Shown: positions 31,135 to 40,922, numbered from the stretch's first letter. The stretch: DNA of 64,000 nt from Patescibacteria group bacterium (GCA_038064435.1 JBBTTC010000004.1:3615-67614); one strand, 5' to 3'. Program-made: numbers and translations. Notes: a model not told the origin generated them from the letters alone.

Positions 31135-31644
31135 GTGGTAGCATTGGAAAATATGGAAAATTCAAGAAATGTGGTTATAGGACTTGTGATCTTGCTAGTT
31201 TTAGTAGTTGCTGGCGCCATTTGGCTAGGCCGCGGTGATGAAGCCAACCGGCAAACCGGAGCGGCCAACCAACCCGGCGCTAACGGCCAAGGTGCTAGTG
31301 GTGGTGACGCAACGGTGACTGTCAACGATCAGTTTCCCGGCCAGATTGTTTACTTATCTAACTTGTCCCTACCAACTGGCGGTTGGGTAGTTATTCATGA
31401 AGATGGTGGTGGCGCGCCGGGCGCCGTCGTTGGTCAAAAGTATTTTTCCGCCAGTGATCGCGTAGGTGTGATTAATTTAAATCAAACTACAATTAATGGC
31501 CGCCGCTATTGGGCCATGGTTCATACCGATAACGGTGATGGCATCTTTGATCCGACGGTTGATCTACCGGCGCAAAATGCGGTTGGAGAAAATGTAATGG
31601 TCGGTTTTAACGTCACAACGACTTTGCCGGAAAATAAGGGCTAA
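31135..31644 (+). CDS. hypothetical exported protein
   Basis: Signal anchor, Gly/Asn/Gln-rich linker, beta-rich domain. Confidence 0.4.
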   Translation: MVALENMENSRNVVIGLVILLVLVVAGAIWLGRGDEANRQTGAANQPGANGQGASGGDATVTVNDQFPGQIVYLSNLSLPTGGWVVIHEDGGGAPGAVVGQKYFSASDRVGVINLNQTTINGRRYWAMVHTDNGDGIFDPTVDLPAQNAVGENVMVGFNVTTTLPENKG

Positions 31645-32719
31645 GGGAAGTTCGCCACACATCTCCGCGCCAAGTCCAATCACGATCCATCCCGCCCAAA
31701 AGCCAAACCTGATCCCGCCAAACAATAACTCCGTGATCCTCGCGACCAGCCCAAACGGGCTGGTCGCTAGTTTTTTGCCAGTTAACACCGTCGGCCGTGA
31801 ACCAAACATCATTACCAGTTGTGGGGTAATCTGGCGCCGTCTGCCAACCACCCACCAACCAGAGTTTATCTTGCCAAGCCACTAGGCCCTCCCCGTGCCT
31901 CTCACCCCACGGCGCAATCGCCACTTCCTGTTTCCAGATTAAACCATCGGCCGATGACCACACATCACTCATCGCTCGCTCCTGACCCACCCCAATGCCA
32001 CCAGCTACCCAGAGACGCCCGCGCCACACTTCCATTGCCTGATCGTAGCGCGCCGGCCAAGCCGCGGCTGGCGTTAGTTCGCGCCAACTTATTCCGTCAT
32101 CCGATACCCAAACATCATTAAAAGATCGGCGCTGGTCAAAATTAACTCCGCCAGTCAACACTAATTGATTATTAAAAACACTGACCGTTTGACCTTCGCG
32201 CTCCGGCCACGCGCCCCGGCCAACCCATTGCCACGACACTGCGTCGTCTGAAACCCAAATACCAGTGTGATAACCAGTCACCGAACTCCAACCGCCCATC
32301 AACCATAACTGACCGCGAAATTCAACCACCGACATTGACCGTAATGGCGGCCAAGCGGCGGCCGCAACTTCCTGCCGCCACTCACGACCATCAGCCGTAG
32401 ACCAAATATCGTGATGGTGTGGGAGAGTCCAATAAGCTACTTGGCCGCCGGTCGCGACTGGCGTACCAGTCAAACCACCGGCCAGCCACAATCGATCACG
32501 CCAAGTAAAAACGGCGGCGGCATCACGCGGCCCCCAGGCCGCTGCCGACTCCACTAACTGCCAATTTAGGTTGGGCAATGTCGAGGGCTTGGAGGCGATG
32601 ACGGGCTGACTAATGGCGGCCGGCAAGGACGTTGATTTAGTTATCAGTTTCCCCGTAGCGATTAGGATCAAGCCGAGCACCAAACCAATCAATAGATAAG
32701 TAATTGGAGGCAATTTCAC
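31613..32719 (-). CDS. BNR/Asp-box repeat beta-propeller protein (sialidase-like or glycosidase-like fold)
   Basis: Repeated SxDGxxW units (SDDGISW, SADGLIW, TADGVNW, TADGREW, SDDAVSW) about every 45-50 aa; signal anchor. Confidence 0.6.
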   Translation of the reverse strand: MKLPPITYLLIGLVLGLILIATGKLITKSTSLPAAISQPVIASKPSTLPNLNWQLVESAAAWGPRDAAAVFTWRDRLWLAGGLTGTPVATGGQVAYWTLPHHHDIWSTADGREWRQEVAAAAWPPLRSMSVVEFRGQLWLMGGWSSVTGYHTGIWVSDDAVSWQWVGRGAWPEREGQTVSVFNNQLVLTGGVNFDQRRSFNDVWVSDDGISWRELTPAAAWPARYDQAMEVWRGRLWVAGGIGVGQERAMSDVWSSADGLIWKQEVAIAPWGERHGEGLVAWQDKLWLVGGWQTAPDYPTTGNDVWFTADGVNWQKTSDQPVWAGREDHGVIVWRDQVWLLGGMDRDWTWRGDVWRTSLSPYFPAKSL

Positions 32720-34908
32720 TGGCTCAATCTAACACATTTGCTGAAGTCCAGACAACCACGATAAGCTATAGATCAATGTTACTCAACGAACCACTGATCC
32801 GTCATTTCCGCCTCACCGCGGGGCAAAAGGCTGGACTAAGCAAATTAAGGCTGAACACGGCACGTGATTTACTTTTCCATCTGCCGGCTCACTACGGCAT
32901 CGCCGCCACCGAGAAAAACATCGCCCTACTCATCACTGGCGAACAAGTCTCGATCCACGGATTAGTAATCAAAAGCCAAATAACCAAGGCCTGGCGACGG
33001 CGCATCCCCATGGCCGAGATCGTGATCAGTGACGGCACCGGCCAGATCAAAGCACTCTGGTTTCATCAGGCCTATTTAGCCAAAGTGGCCACCATCGGTG
33101 CCACGGTGCGACTAACAGGTAAAGTAGCCGAGTCACGCGCCGGGGAAAAATATTTAGCTAACCCAACCCTGGAGCTGACAACCGGACTGCCCGAGGCGCC
33201 GGCCACGCTTTTTAACCCCAACTCACCGCCCGATCCCCACCTCCAACCAATTTATCCAGAAACACGTGGGTTGTCGTCCCTCTGGCTCACTCACGCCATC
33301 CGCCGCTTAATGACAGAAATAGATTTGGAGCAAGTCACCGACCCCTTGCCAATCGAGATTTTGCGGCGCTATCACCTACCTAGCCTAAACACTGCTCTTA
33401 TTTGGATCCATCAGCCCAAACGGGAGAGCGATGCTCGAGCGGCGCGCAAACGTTTTTCCTTCCAAGAAATTTTTTTCATTCAACTTGAGCGCCAACGCGC
33501 CAAACTACAATATCAAACCAATCACGCTCATCGTCTCGCCATCGCCCAAGAGCCAATAGATGAGTTCGTCAAAAATTTTCCCTTTAGTCTCACCGCCGGG
33601 CAAAATCAAGCCATCCACCAAATCCTCGAAGATCTACGTTCCGACCAACCAATGCTTCGACTACTGGAGGGAGATGTGGGCTCGGGTAAAACGGCCGTGG
33701 CCGCCACCGCGGCCTACGCGGCCATCGCGACAGGCTGGTCGGTGGCCTACATGGCGCCAACCGAGATTTTGGCCCGTCAACACTTCCAGTCCTTCATGAA
33801 CTATTTTGGCCCCAGCGGGATCAATTTGGGGTTAGTTACATCGGGCGAAGCACGCAAATTCCCATCCAAAATCAATCCGCGCGACTCAACCCATGTTCCT
33901 AAAACCCAACTTCTCAAGTGGGTCGCTGACGGTACCATACCGCTAGTGGTCGGCACACACAGCTTATTGGCTGAAGCAGTTAAATTTAAACGTCTGGCTC
34001 TAGTTATTATCGACGAACAACACCGCTTCGGAGTTAAGCAACGAGCCAAACTGGTTAACAAACCGAGCACGGCGGCACCTCACCTACTCTCGATGACGGC
34101 TACACCCATCCCCCGCACCTTGGCGCTCACCATCTACGGCGACCTCGATTTGTCTGTCCTCGCCGAGTCGCCGCCGGGGCGGCGACGAGCAATTACCACG
34201 ATAGTGGCCGAGGCCGAACGCCCGGCCGTTTACCAAAACATTAAGCTCGAACTGGCCGCCGGGCGCCAGGCCTACGTCATTTGCCCGCGCATCGACGAGG
34301 AAGATGGGGATAATAAGTTAGAATTGAAATCTGCTAAGAGTGAACTACGACGTCTCCAAACCAAAATTTTTCCCGACTTTCGTCTCGGCTTGATTCATGG
34401 CCGACTAAAATTAAAGAATAAGGATGAAGTTATGGCCAACTTTACCGCCGGTCAAATTGATATTTTGGTCTCCACCTCGGTTGTCGAAGTAGGCGTTGAT
34501 GTACCCAACTCTACCATCATAATCATTGAAGGTGCTGAGCGTTTTGGCCTAGCTCAACTGCATCAACTTCGCGGCCGGGTGGAAAGGAGCCAGCATCAAG
34601 CTTACTGTTATTTATTTAGCGAACGCCTGAATGGAAAATCCTTGGCCCGACTACGAGCACTGGAGAAAGCCGAGAGTGGTTTTGCGTTGGCCGAACTGGA
34701 CCTCAAGTTGCGCGGCAGTGGCTCACTTAGCGGCGCCAAGCAATGGGGTCTCTCGGACATTGGTATGGAGGCTATCCAAAATATAAAAATGGTCGAAGCC
34801 GCACAGAAAGAAGCCAAGACCTTACTAACCCTCGATCCGGAACTAAAATCTTATCCCGAACTAGCCAAGCAAGTAGCTAGTGATCAGACCACCCAACATT
34901 GGGAGTAA
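32704..34908 (+). CDS. recG: ATP-dependent DNA helicase RecG
   Basis: 734 aa with wedge domain, helicase motifs GDVGSGKT and DEQHRFG, RecG length. Confidence 0.9.
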   Translation: MEAISLAQSNTFAEVQTTTISYRSMLLNEPLIRHFRLTAGQKAGLSKLRLNTARDLLFHLPAHYGIAATEKNIALLITGEQVSIHGLVIKSQITKAWRRRIPMAEIVISDGTGQIKALWFHQAYLAKVATIGATVRLTGKVAESRAGEKYLANPTLELTTGLPEAPATLFNPNSPPDPHLQPIYPETRGLSSLWLTHAIRRLMTEIDLEQVTDPLPIEILRRYHLPSLNTALIWIHQPKRESDARAARKRFSFQEIFFIQLERQRAKLQYQTNHAHRLAIAQEPIDEFVKNFPFSLTAGQNQAIHQILEDLRSDQPMLRLLEGDVGSGKTAVAATAAYAAIATGWSVAYMAPTEILARQHFQSFMNYFGPSGINLGLVTSGEARKFPSKINPRDSTHVPKTQLLKWVADGTIPLVVGTHSLLAEAVKFKRLALVIIDEQHRFGVKQRAKLVNKPSTAAPHLLSMTATPIPRTLALTIYGDLDLSVLAESPPGRRRAITTIVAEAERPAVYQNIKLELAAGRQAYVICPRIDEEDGDNKLELKSAKSELRRLQTKIFPDFRLGLIHGRLKLKNKDEVMANFTAGQIDILVSTSVVEVGVDVPNSTIIIIEGAERFGLAQLHQLRGRVERSQHQAYCYLFSERLNGKSLARLRALEKAESGFALAELDLKLRGSGSLSGAKQWGLSDIGMEAIQNIKMVEAAQKEAKTLLTLDPELKSYPELAKQVASDQTTQHWE

Positions 34909-36036
34909 CTACTCAATCACAAAACTGGCGTCACTCAAATCACTAAAACCGGGAGTGTTGTAGTAGCAGTAAGCGTGGCACGCGATGTACATCTTGTAAT
35001 TTCCGGGTGTCAACGTGGTGGGAATCGTCCAACTATAATCGCCATCGTTATTTAACATAGTAAAAAGATTAACAACAGCCGCTGGATCATTGCTTGGTAA
35101 ATCCTGATTGAATAAATCGAGGCGGATAAAACTATTGAGATCTGCTCCCGTCCAACGAACCACCTGCGCGGTGCCACGCGGCCAAACCTCACCGCCGTTG
35201 GGCGCAACCACAGTGACGGGTAAACTGGGAATTTGCATGATGAAGGGCTGACCATTAACCCCACAACGTTGGCCATCGGCAGTGTTGCTGTAATAATCAT
35301 CAAGACAAATCCAAATGTTGTAACGCCCTGATCTAGTAACTCGCGTGCCGTCGGCCGCTAAGCCCACCGACCAATCAAAACGTCCATCGTTAGAAGTGGT
35401 AGCGATGTGATGCAGATCGTCCTCGCCTTCGGCCTGAAAAGCTATGGCCACATTGGCACTGGCACTATTGGCATTCCAAAAAATGGCCTGACTAGAATCC
35501 ACAAACCAAAGCTCGCCACCATTGGGAGTGGTCAACGCGATCGTATCGGGAATGGTCATGGTGGTTACCCAAAAATAATTATTGCTGGCATCACAAACCG
35601 TTCCGGCGCAAACCTGCAAATGATAAGCGCCATCGGTAATGTAACTACCGCTGGACAATCTTCCCGCCAACCAAGAATAAGATCCGGAATTAATGACGTT
35701 GCTGGCTATCGTGCGACTGGGACCGTTTTCCACCAATAGCTTGATGGTTACTGCCGTGGCATCAAATCCGTAATTATTCCAACTCACCACATGGCTAGTG
35801 CCACGTAACCAAACCTCTCCCCCGTTCGGAGCAGTTACTCGTGGTAATGACACAGGGGCATAGTCAATCAATTTAGTTTGCCCAATGGCCAGAGATGACT
35901 GGTCTGGACTATGAACCTGCCATAAACGCAATTGCTGGATTAATTGCCCGAACAAATCACTTTCGGCTCGAGCAAAAACTGGAACAAACAAGGTAAATAA
36001 GAGCAACGTCCCGCACAAAATTTTTATTTTTGTCAT
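34909..36036 (-). CDS. exported protein with three PNGGEVW-type repeat domains
   Basis: Signal peptide; three repeats of about 100 aa each with PNGGE[VL]W...V.W; same module in ORF 54795..56267. Confidence 0.5.
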   Translation of the reverse strand: MTKIKILCGTLLLFTLFVPVFARAESDLFGQLIQQLRLWQVHSPDQSSLAIGQTKLIDYAPVSLPRVTAPNGGEVWLRGTSHVVSWNNYGFDATAVTIKLLVENGPSRTIASNVINSGSYSWLAGRLSSGSYITDGAYHLQVCAGTVCDASNNYFWVTTMTIPDTIALTTPNGGELWFVDSSQAIFWNANSASANVAIAFQAEGEDDLHHIATTSNDGRFDWSVGLAADGTRVTRSGRYNIWICLDDYYSNTADGQRCGVNGQPFIMQIPSLPVTVVAPNGGEVWPRGTAQVVRWTGADLNSFIRLDLFNQDLPSNDPAAVVNLFTMLNNDGDYSWTIPTTLTPGNYKMYIACHAYCYYNTPGFSDLSDASFVIE

Positions 36037-36109
36037 GCTAAAATATTATTTTGCCTTTCATCATATCATAATCTATAGTGAAGAGCGAGGCGCGTCAGCA
36101 CGTGTAGCT

Positions 36110-36124
36110 CAGCGGTAGAGTCCG
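36110..36124. repeat. GC palindrome tccgccgcggcgga inside a partial tRNA copy
   Basis: Follows a 25-nt exact copy of the tRNA-Ile 5' end (36088..36112) and precedes ATACACGCC (the anticodon-stem 3' strand). Confidence 0.7.
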
Positions 36125-36156
36125 CCGCGGCGGATACACGCCATTTGCGTTAAAAT

Positions 36157-36399
36157 ATGTTTACGGTATATATTTTACAAAATCAAGTCGGAAAATTGTA
36201 TACTGGCCAAACAAAAAACTTTGAAACAAGGCTAATCGAACATAATGTGACTGGTCATGGCTATACTGCTAAACATCGCCCATGGAAGGTGGTGCTGATG
36301 GAAAAATACCAGAATCGCACCGAAGCGATGAAACGAGAAAAATATCTGAAAACTGGGGCGGGGCGCGACTGGATAAAAAGACAATTATTGCACGTGTAG
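36157..36399 (+). CDS. small GIY-YIG nuclease family protein (UPF0213/YhbQ-like)
   Basis: VYILQNQVGKLYTGQTKNFETRLIEHN fits the GIY-YIG core; stop codon lies inside the tRNA 5' end. Confidence 0.7.
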   Translation: MFTVYILQNQVGKLYTGQTKNFETRLIEHNVTGHGYTAKHRPWKVVLMEKYQNRTEAMKREKYLKTGAGRDWIKRQLLHV

Positions 36400-36461
36400 C
36401 TCAGCGGTAGAGTAGGCGTCTTATACACGCCCGGTCCCTGGTTCGAATCCAGGCACGTGCA
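36390..36461 (+). tRNA. tRNA-Ile (anticodon TAT, predicted to read AUA)
   Basis: Cloverleaf: acceptor GCACGTG/CACGTGC, anticodon stem GGCGT/ACGCC, loop CTTATAC, T-arm CCTGG-TTCGAAT-CCAGG. Confidence 0.7.
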
Positions 36462-36490
36462 TCCTACAAAAAGACCAGTTCGATGGTAGA

Positions 36491-36505
36491 GTCCGCCGCG
36501 GCGGG
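36491..36505. repeat. GC palindrome gtccgccgcggcggg, flanked by a D-arm-like segment and an acceptor-like segment
   Basis: GGTAGAGT-CCGCCGCGGCGG-GCACGTGCA lies 30 nt past the tRNA-Ile 3' end. Confidence 0.7.
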
Positions 36506-36513
36506 CACGTGCA

Positions 36514-38403
36514 CTAGAGAAGAGGTTTTTCGATCACTTCTTTGCGTTTGGGTTTAATGCCATGAGAGACGAGCAGGGCATTGAAGTCTTCGTGATCGAT
36601 TGTTTCCACCTTAATTAATTCCTCCGACAGCGCATCGAGAATCAAACGGTGATTGGTGAGCACCTTCTTGGCCTCGGCCAAAGCCTCGGCCATAATGCGC
36701 GACACTTCTTGATCCACGAGTGCCAACACTGCTTCGGACGAATACTTTTCAGTGATGCCGCCTAAACCGGAGAAGGATTTTTGGCTACCGGCCTCGGTGG
36801 CAATAGGACCAATCTTGTCGCTCATGCCATATTTCGTCACCATATTGCGCGCCACATAGGTGGCCACGGCAATATCGTTGGCCGCGCCAGTAGTAATGTC
36901 GCCAAAAATTATTTGTTCGGCGGCATAGCCGCCGAGCGATACGGCGATCTCATCCAAAAATTCTTTTTTTGATTCCAATTTTTTATCCTCAAACGGCAAC
37001 TTGAGCGTGTAACCGGCGGCATGACCGCGAGAAATAATTGACACCTTGTGCACCGGATCAGAAAAGGGCAAAATCGAAGCGATCAAGGCGTGACCCATTT
37101 CGTGATAAGCCGTGATGCGTTTTTCGCGCTCAGATAAAATATGACTTTTGCGTTCCGGCCCAAGCAAAACTTTTTCGACTGACCGGACTAGGTCATATTG
37201 CGTGATTTGTTTACGATTTTCGCGTGCGGCCAAAATGGCCGCCTCGTTCATTAAATTGGCCAAGTCAGCACCCGAGAAACCGGGAGTGCGCTCAGCGATC
37301 ACCGTTAAATTAACGTCTTCACCCATCGGCTTTTTGTGACCATAAATTTTTAAAATCGCCGCGCGATCTTTAATGTCTGGTTTATCCAGCAATACTCGCC
37401 GATCAAAACGGCCGGGCCGAAGCAGAGCCGAATCGAGCACATCGGGCCGGTTGGTGGCCGCCATAACGATCAACTTCTCATTGGGCTCAAAACCATCCAT
37501 CTCGACCAAAATTTGATTGAGCGTCTGCTCGCGTTCATCGTTACCACCGCCCAAACCCGAACCACGATGCCGGCCGATAGCATCAATTTCGTCAATAAAG
37601 ATGATGGCCGGCGCGGCGCGCTTGGCCAAGCGAAACAGGTCGCGCACTCGGCTAGCGCCGACGCCCACGAACATCTCCACGAACTCGGAGCCAGAAAGAT
37701 AAAAAAACGGTACGCCAGCTTCGCCAGCCACAGCTCGGGCCAACAGAGTTTTGCCGGTGCCGGGCGCACCGGTGAGCAACACGCCCTTAGGAATCTTAGC
37801 GCCGATGTCGAGAAACTTTTTGGGATTTTTAAGAAAATCAACAATTTCCAATAACTCCTCCTTGGCCTCGCGCACACCAGCCACGTCTTTGAAAGTGATC
37901 TTTTGTTTTTTGTCTTTAGGGTCAATCACCCGCGCCTTGGACTGGCCGAAGGAAAAAGCCTGGACACTGGCTCCACGCAACTGGCGCGAGATCAGCCAGA
38001 AAATTAAAAACAAAAACAGCACCGGCAAAATAAATGGCAGGAGATTGAGCAACCAAAAGCTCAAACCGGTTGGATTGCTGATCTCAATGGTCACCTGCCC
38101 CAGCGCCTCGGCCGACACGCCGTAATTGGCGAGGGTATCGGAGAGCGATGTTTCCACCTCCTTTTGCGATCGCTTACTAGTACCATCTTTAAATCCCACG
38201 GTTAGCGCATCACCTCGTACTTCGATTTTTTCCACCTGACCCACTCGCACCGCCGTGGCTAGTTCGGAAATGGTAATGTTGTCAGTCGTCGTTCGATTCT
38301 CGATAATTAACGAGTAAACACCAACTAAAACCATCAAAATTAAGATGGTTGAAACAACCTGCCGTCCGAACTGGTTCATGATTTTACCCCTAGGTTTTTC
38401 CAT
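36514..38403 (-). CDS. ftsH: ATP-dependent zinc metalloprotease FtsH
   Basis: Two TM helices, AAA Walker A GPPGTGKT, second region of homology, HEMGH zinc motif. Confidence 0.95.
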   Translation of the reverse strand: MEKPRGKIMNQFGRQVVSTILILMVLVGVYSLIIENRTTTDNITISELATAVRVGQVEKIEVRGDALTVGFKDGTSKRSQKEVETSLSDTLANYGVSAEALGQVTIEISNPTGLSFWLLNLLPFILPVLFLFLIFWLISRQLRGASVQAFSFGQSKARVIDPKDKKQKITFKDVAGVREAKEELLEIVDFLKNPKKFLDIGAKIPKGVLLTGAPGTGKTLLARAVAGEAGVPFFYLSGSEFVEMFVGVGASRVRDLFRLAKRAAPAIIFIDEIDAIGRHRGSGLGGGNDEREQTLNQILVEMDGFEPNEKLIVMAATNRPDVLDSALLRPGRFDRRVLLDKPDIKDRAAILKIYGHKKPMGEDVNLTVIAERTPGFSGADLANLMNEAAILAARENRKQITQYDLVRSVEKVLLGPERKSHILSEREKRITAYHEMGHALIASILPFSDPVHKVSIISRGHAAGYTLKLPFEDKKLESKKEFLDEIAVSLGGYAAEQIIFGDITTGAANDIAVATYVARNMVTKYGMSDKIGPIATEAGSQKSFSGLGGITEKYSSEAVLALVDQEVSRIMAEALAEAKKVLTNHRLILDALSEELIKVETIDHEDFNALLVSHGIKPKRKEVIEKPLL

Positions 38404-38482
38404 TGCCTAAATGCTCTTGTGCCTGATTATACAAAAAAAGTCTGACATGGAAAGAAAAACGAGCTAGAATGCTAACTGTATC

Positions 38483-38935
38483 ATGGTTTATGTGAAGAAT
38501 GACAAAGCTTATTTTGATTACGACCTGCTCGAAAAATTCGAGGCCGGCCTGCAATTGTTGGGCCTGGAGGTAAAGAGTCTCAAGCTTGGTCGAGCCCAAC
38601 TGCCGGGGTCACACGTGATTATCCGTGGCGGCGAAGCCTTTTGGGTGGGCGGCATGATTCATCCCTACCAACCGGCTAACACACCAGATGATTATGATCC
38701 TAGTCGCACGCGCAAGTTGCTGTTAAGTAAAAAAGAAATCGCGCATCTGCAGGTTAAGAGCCAGGCCGAAGGATTGACAATCATACCACTTTCGGTTTAT
38801 AGTAAGGGTCGGCAGATTAAATTAGAAATTGCCCTAGCGCGCGGGCGCAAAAAGTTTGATAAACGACAGGTGTTGAAAAAGCGCGTCGCCGAACGCGACA
38901 TAGATCGGGCGCTTAAGGGTCGCCGAGATTTTTGA
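38483..38935 (+). CDS. smpB: SsrA-binding protein SmpB
   Basis: 150 aa with SmpB-like N-terminus (KAYFDY...LLGLEVKSLK) and basic C-terminal tail. Confidence 0.85.
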   Translation: MVYVKNDKAYFDYDLLEKFEAGLQLLGLEVKSLKLGRAQLPGSHVIIRGGEAFWVGGMIHPYQPANTPDDYDPSRTRKLLLSKKEIAHLQVKSQAEGLTIIPLSVYSKGRQIKLEIALARGRKKFDKRQVLKKRVAERDIDRALKGRRDF

Positions 38936-38947
38936 CAATTGATTTTT

Positions 38948-39322
38948 GGGGATGATCGGCCTCGACATTTAGTGTTGCTGGTTCGGGCAGGTCGAGTTCT
39001 CTGGATACTCGTTAAACACCGGAAAAGCATAAGTGTAAACTTATCGTCTACGGGTAGTCGGGGTGTGGCTTCGCCATATCCTGTTACCCCCTCTTTCGCC
39101 TTAGGCTAAAGAGCATCAGCGCTGGAGACTTCCGATATCTGGACGCTGGTGTTATATCTTCGGGATAGTTGGCGCGACGCCTCGGCGCGCTGGCGAACCA
39201 TAGAGGCACAGATCGGGCGGGTTTTGACTGTTCGGCCCCGCTCGAACTTAATTAAACAGTCTAAGCTTGTAGATCGCACCACTAACCCTATTTGCACCCG
39301 GGTTCGATTCCCGGCATCTCCA
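38948..39322 (+). ncRNA. ssrA: tmRNA (ssrA)
   Basis: 5' GGGGATGATCGGCCTCGAC and 3' GGGTTCGATTCCCGGCATCTCCA pair into a tRNA-like domain; directly downstream of smpB; CCA not encoded; tag frame not resolved. Confidence 0.7.
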
Positions 39323-39338
39323 CTCATTAAAACATTAG

Positions 39339-39368
39339 CGTCCTTCGGGGCGCTTTTGTTTTTTGAGT
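39339..39368 (+). terminator. intrinsic terminator for tmRNA
   Basis: agcgtcc-ttcg-gggcgct hairpin followed by tttgtttttt. Confidence 0.6.
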
Positions 39369-39376
39369 GGAGATGA

Positions 39377-39392
39377 GTCCGCCGCGGCGGAC
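39377..39392. repeat. perfect 16-nt palindrome gtccgccgcggcggac inside an inverted partial copy of the tmRNA 3' end
   Basis: Minus strand reads T-arm-like CGGCGTTCGATTCCCGG, then the palindrome, then acceptor CATCTCCACTC (39369..39412). Confidence 0.7.
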
Positions 39393-39502
39393 GTCCGGGA
39401 ATCGAACGCCGGAGCGAGCGAAGGTGAGCGAGGCGGGGTCACGACCGCCGCGAGTACGCGGCGAGTTGTGACCGATTCCCCCATTCGAGCTAAAATAACC
39501 CC

Positions 39503-39742
39503 ATGGCTGAGAAAATTGTAAAAGTAAAAGTTAATGCCGGTGCGAAAACGGAAAAGTTGGTGGAGATCGAGCCGGATGTATTTAGGATTAGAGTGCAGGA
39601 ACCGCCAGAAAAAGGCCGGGCCAACAACCGCGTGGCCGAACTATTGGCCGCTCACTTTAAAATCCCAAAATCAAGCGTGTGTTTGATCAGCGGCGCCGTT
39701 TACCGCGAAAAAATATTTTCGATTGATTTAATGCCCGGATAA
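39503..39742 (+). CDS. DUF167 (YggU/UPF0235) family protein
   Basis: 79 aa; KVKVNAGAKTEKL...RANNRVAELLAAHFKIPKSSVCLISG resembles YggU. Confidence 0.6.
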   Translation: MAEKIVKVKVNAGAKTEKLVEIEPDVFRIRVQEPPEKGRANNRVAELLAAHFKIPKSSVCLISGAVYREKIFSIDLMPG

Positions 39743-39759
39743 TAAAAAACAAGACAGAA

Positions 39760-40449
39760 CTACCGCAAATTATCAACGTAAACCCCACCGATACCAAGAT
39801 TAGCACCATCTAATCCGATAGCATCAAAACCAGTGAAAGATGGGCCGCCGGTGAATGGTACCCAATCCGTCCATGATCCATTATTCAATTTATACCTAGC
39901 GGTCTTGTCAGCCGAACGCCACTCAATGTTTATCAAATTCCAAGTGTCATCTTCGTAGCTACCGAAGTTAACACGAGTGTCAGTGCGCGCATCGATATAA
40001 TTAACGTTGCCATTTTTATTGAAAGCTACGACGATTCGTGATGGGCCGTCCCAGGATCCCTGATACATTCCCAGTTGAACATTTTCCGAATGGAAACTTA
40101 CATAACTGGCTCGATTTTGAGTTTTTACCCAGAATGATTGCCGGCCGTCCGCCAAAGCTCTCCCCGTATTTTTAGTAATAATACTTTCGCCCATTGAATT
40201 AAAATTGCTCAGGGCTTTTGCACCCTCTTTAAACACAAGCCCCTGCGCCAACCAGCGATTCCCGTTTTCTCGATCGGTCCATCCTCCCTGACCAACAACC
40301 GATCCGTCTAAAAAAGAATTGAAATTCTCACATAACACCGCGCGACATATCTGAGACCAAAAACCTAACCAGGGCTTCGGCCTCGCCTCGACGAAAGTGA
40401 AAAAGGATAGCCCGATCACCAACGACAGTGCCAAATGTAATTTTTTCAT
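39760..40449 (-). CDS. hypothetical exported protein
   Basis: Signal peptide; 229-aa beta-rich protein. Confidence 0.4.
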   Translation of the reverse strand: MKKLHLALSLVIGLSFFTFVEARPKPWLGFWSQICRAVLCENFNSFLDGSVVGQGGWTDRENGNRWLAQGLVFKEGAKALSNFNSMGESIITKNTGRALADGRQSFWVKTQNRASYVSFHSENVQLGMYQGSWDGPSRIVVAFNKNGNVNYIDARTDTRVNFGSYEDDTWNLINIEWRSADKTARYKLNNGSWTDWVPFTGGPSFTGFDAIGLDGANLGIGGVYVDNLR

Positions 40450-40502
40450 ATGTTAAAACACTACATTATGAAATATATTTTGTCCAGCCGACCACGATGA
40501 TT

Positions 40503-40922
40503 CTAGTGGTGCATCCTGCCGCCCCGATCAACATGAGTAATACAAAAAAACTGTCTTTTTTGATAACCAAAAACCCTAAATAGACCCCTCTGCTCTATTC
40601 TAAAATGAAAATAGTACTGTTCGACCAACTTTTCCGGAGTGGTATTTTGCTCATGAATCATATTAAAGCTATCGGTATTTTGCCTTTCGGGCGTTATGCC
40701 ACTTTCTCTCGGAAGATTTGAGAATTGCCCCCAAGTTAGTTTCTCGATATGCCTGAGACGTGCAATAAAATTTTCAGCCTGTACTTTTGTTAAATTCCAA
40801 AATGAATAGTTCTTGTTCAGCGAGCAATCGCAAATCAAAAACAAAATCTTATCCCCCGTGTATCTTAGATCTATTTTGCTGGGCGTGATCACCTCATCCA
40901 TGACCGTATTCACCCGTACCAA
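40503..40922 (-). CDS. hypothetical protein, candidate toxin partner of the Panacea-domain gene
   Basis: 139-aa ORF 3 nt downstream of the Panacea ORF on the same strand in an AT-rich block; no recognisable domain. Confidence 0.4.
   Translation of the reverse strand: MVRVNTVMDEVITPSKIDLRYTGDKILFLICDCSLNKNYSFWNLTKVQAENFIARLRHIEKLTWGQFSNLPRESGITPERQNTDSFNMIHEQNTTPEKLVEQYYFHFRIEQRGLFRVFGYQKRQFFCITHVDRGGRMHH

Noticed and set aside
38948-39322. Attempt to read the tmRNA tag peptide frame
   Set aside because: Several candidate frames end in TAA/TAG but none gives a canonical ...AA-stop tag, so no tag is reported. A covariance-model alignment is needed.
39377-39392. The 16-nt palindrome contains a CCGCGG (SacII-type) core, considered as a restriction-modification target
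   Set aside because: No methyltransferase or restriction gene is in the window, and the tRNA-like context is a better explanation. It cannot be tested here.
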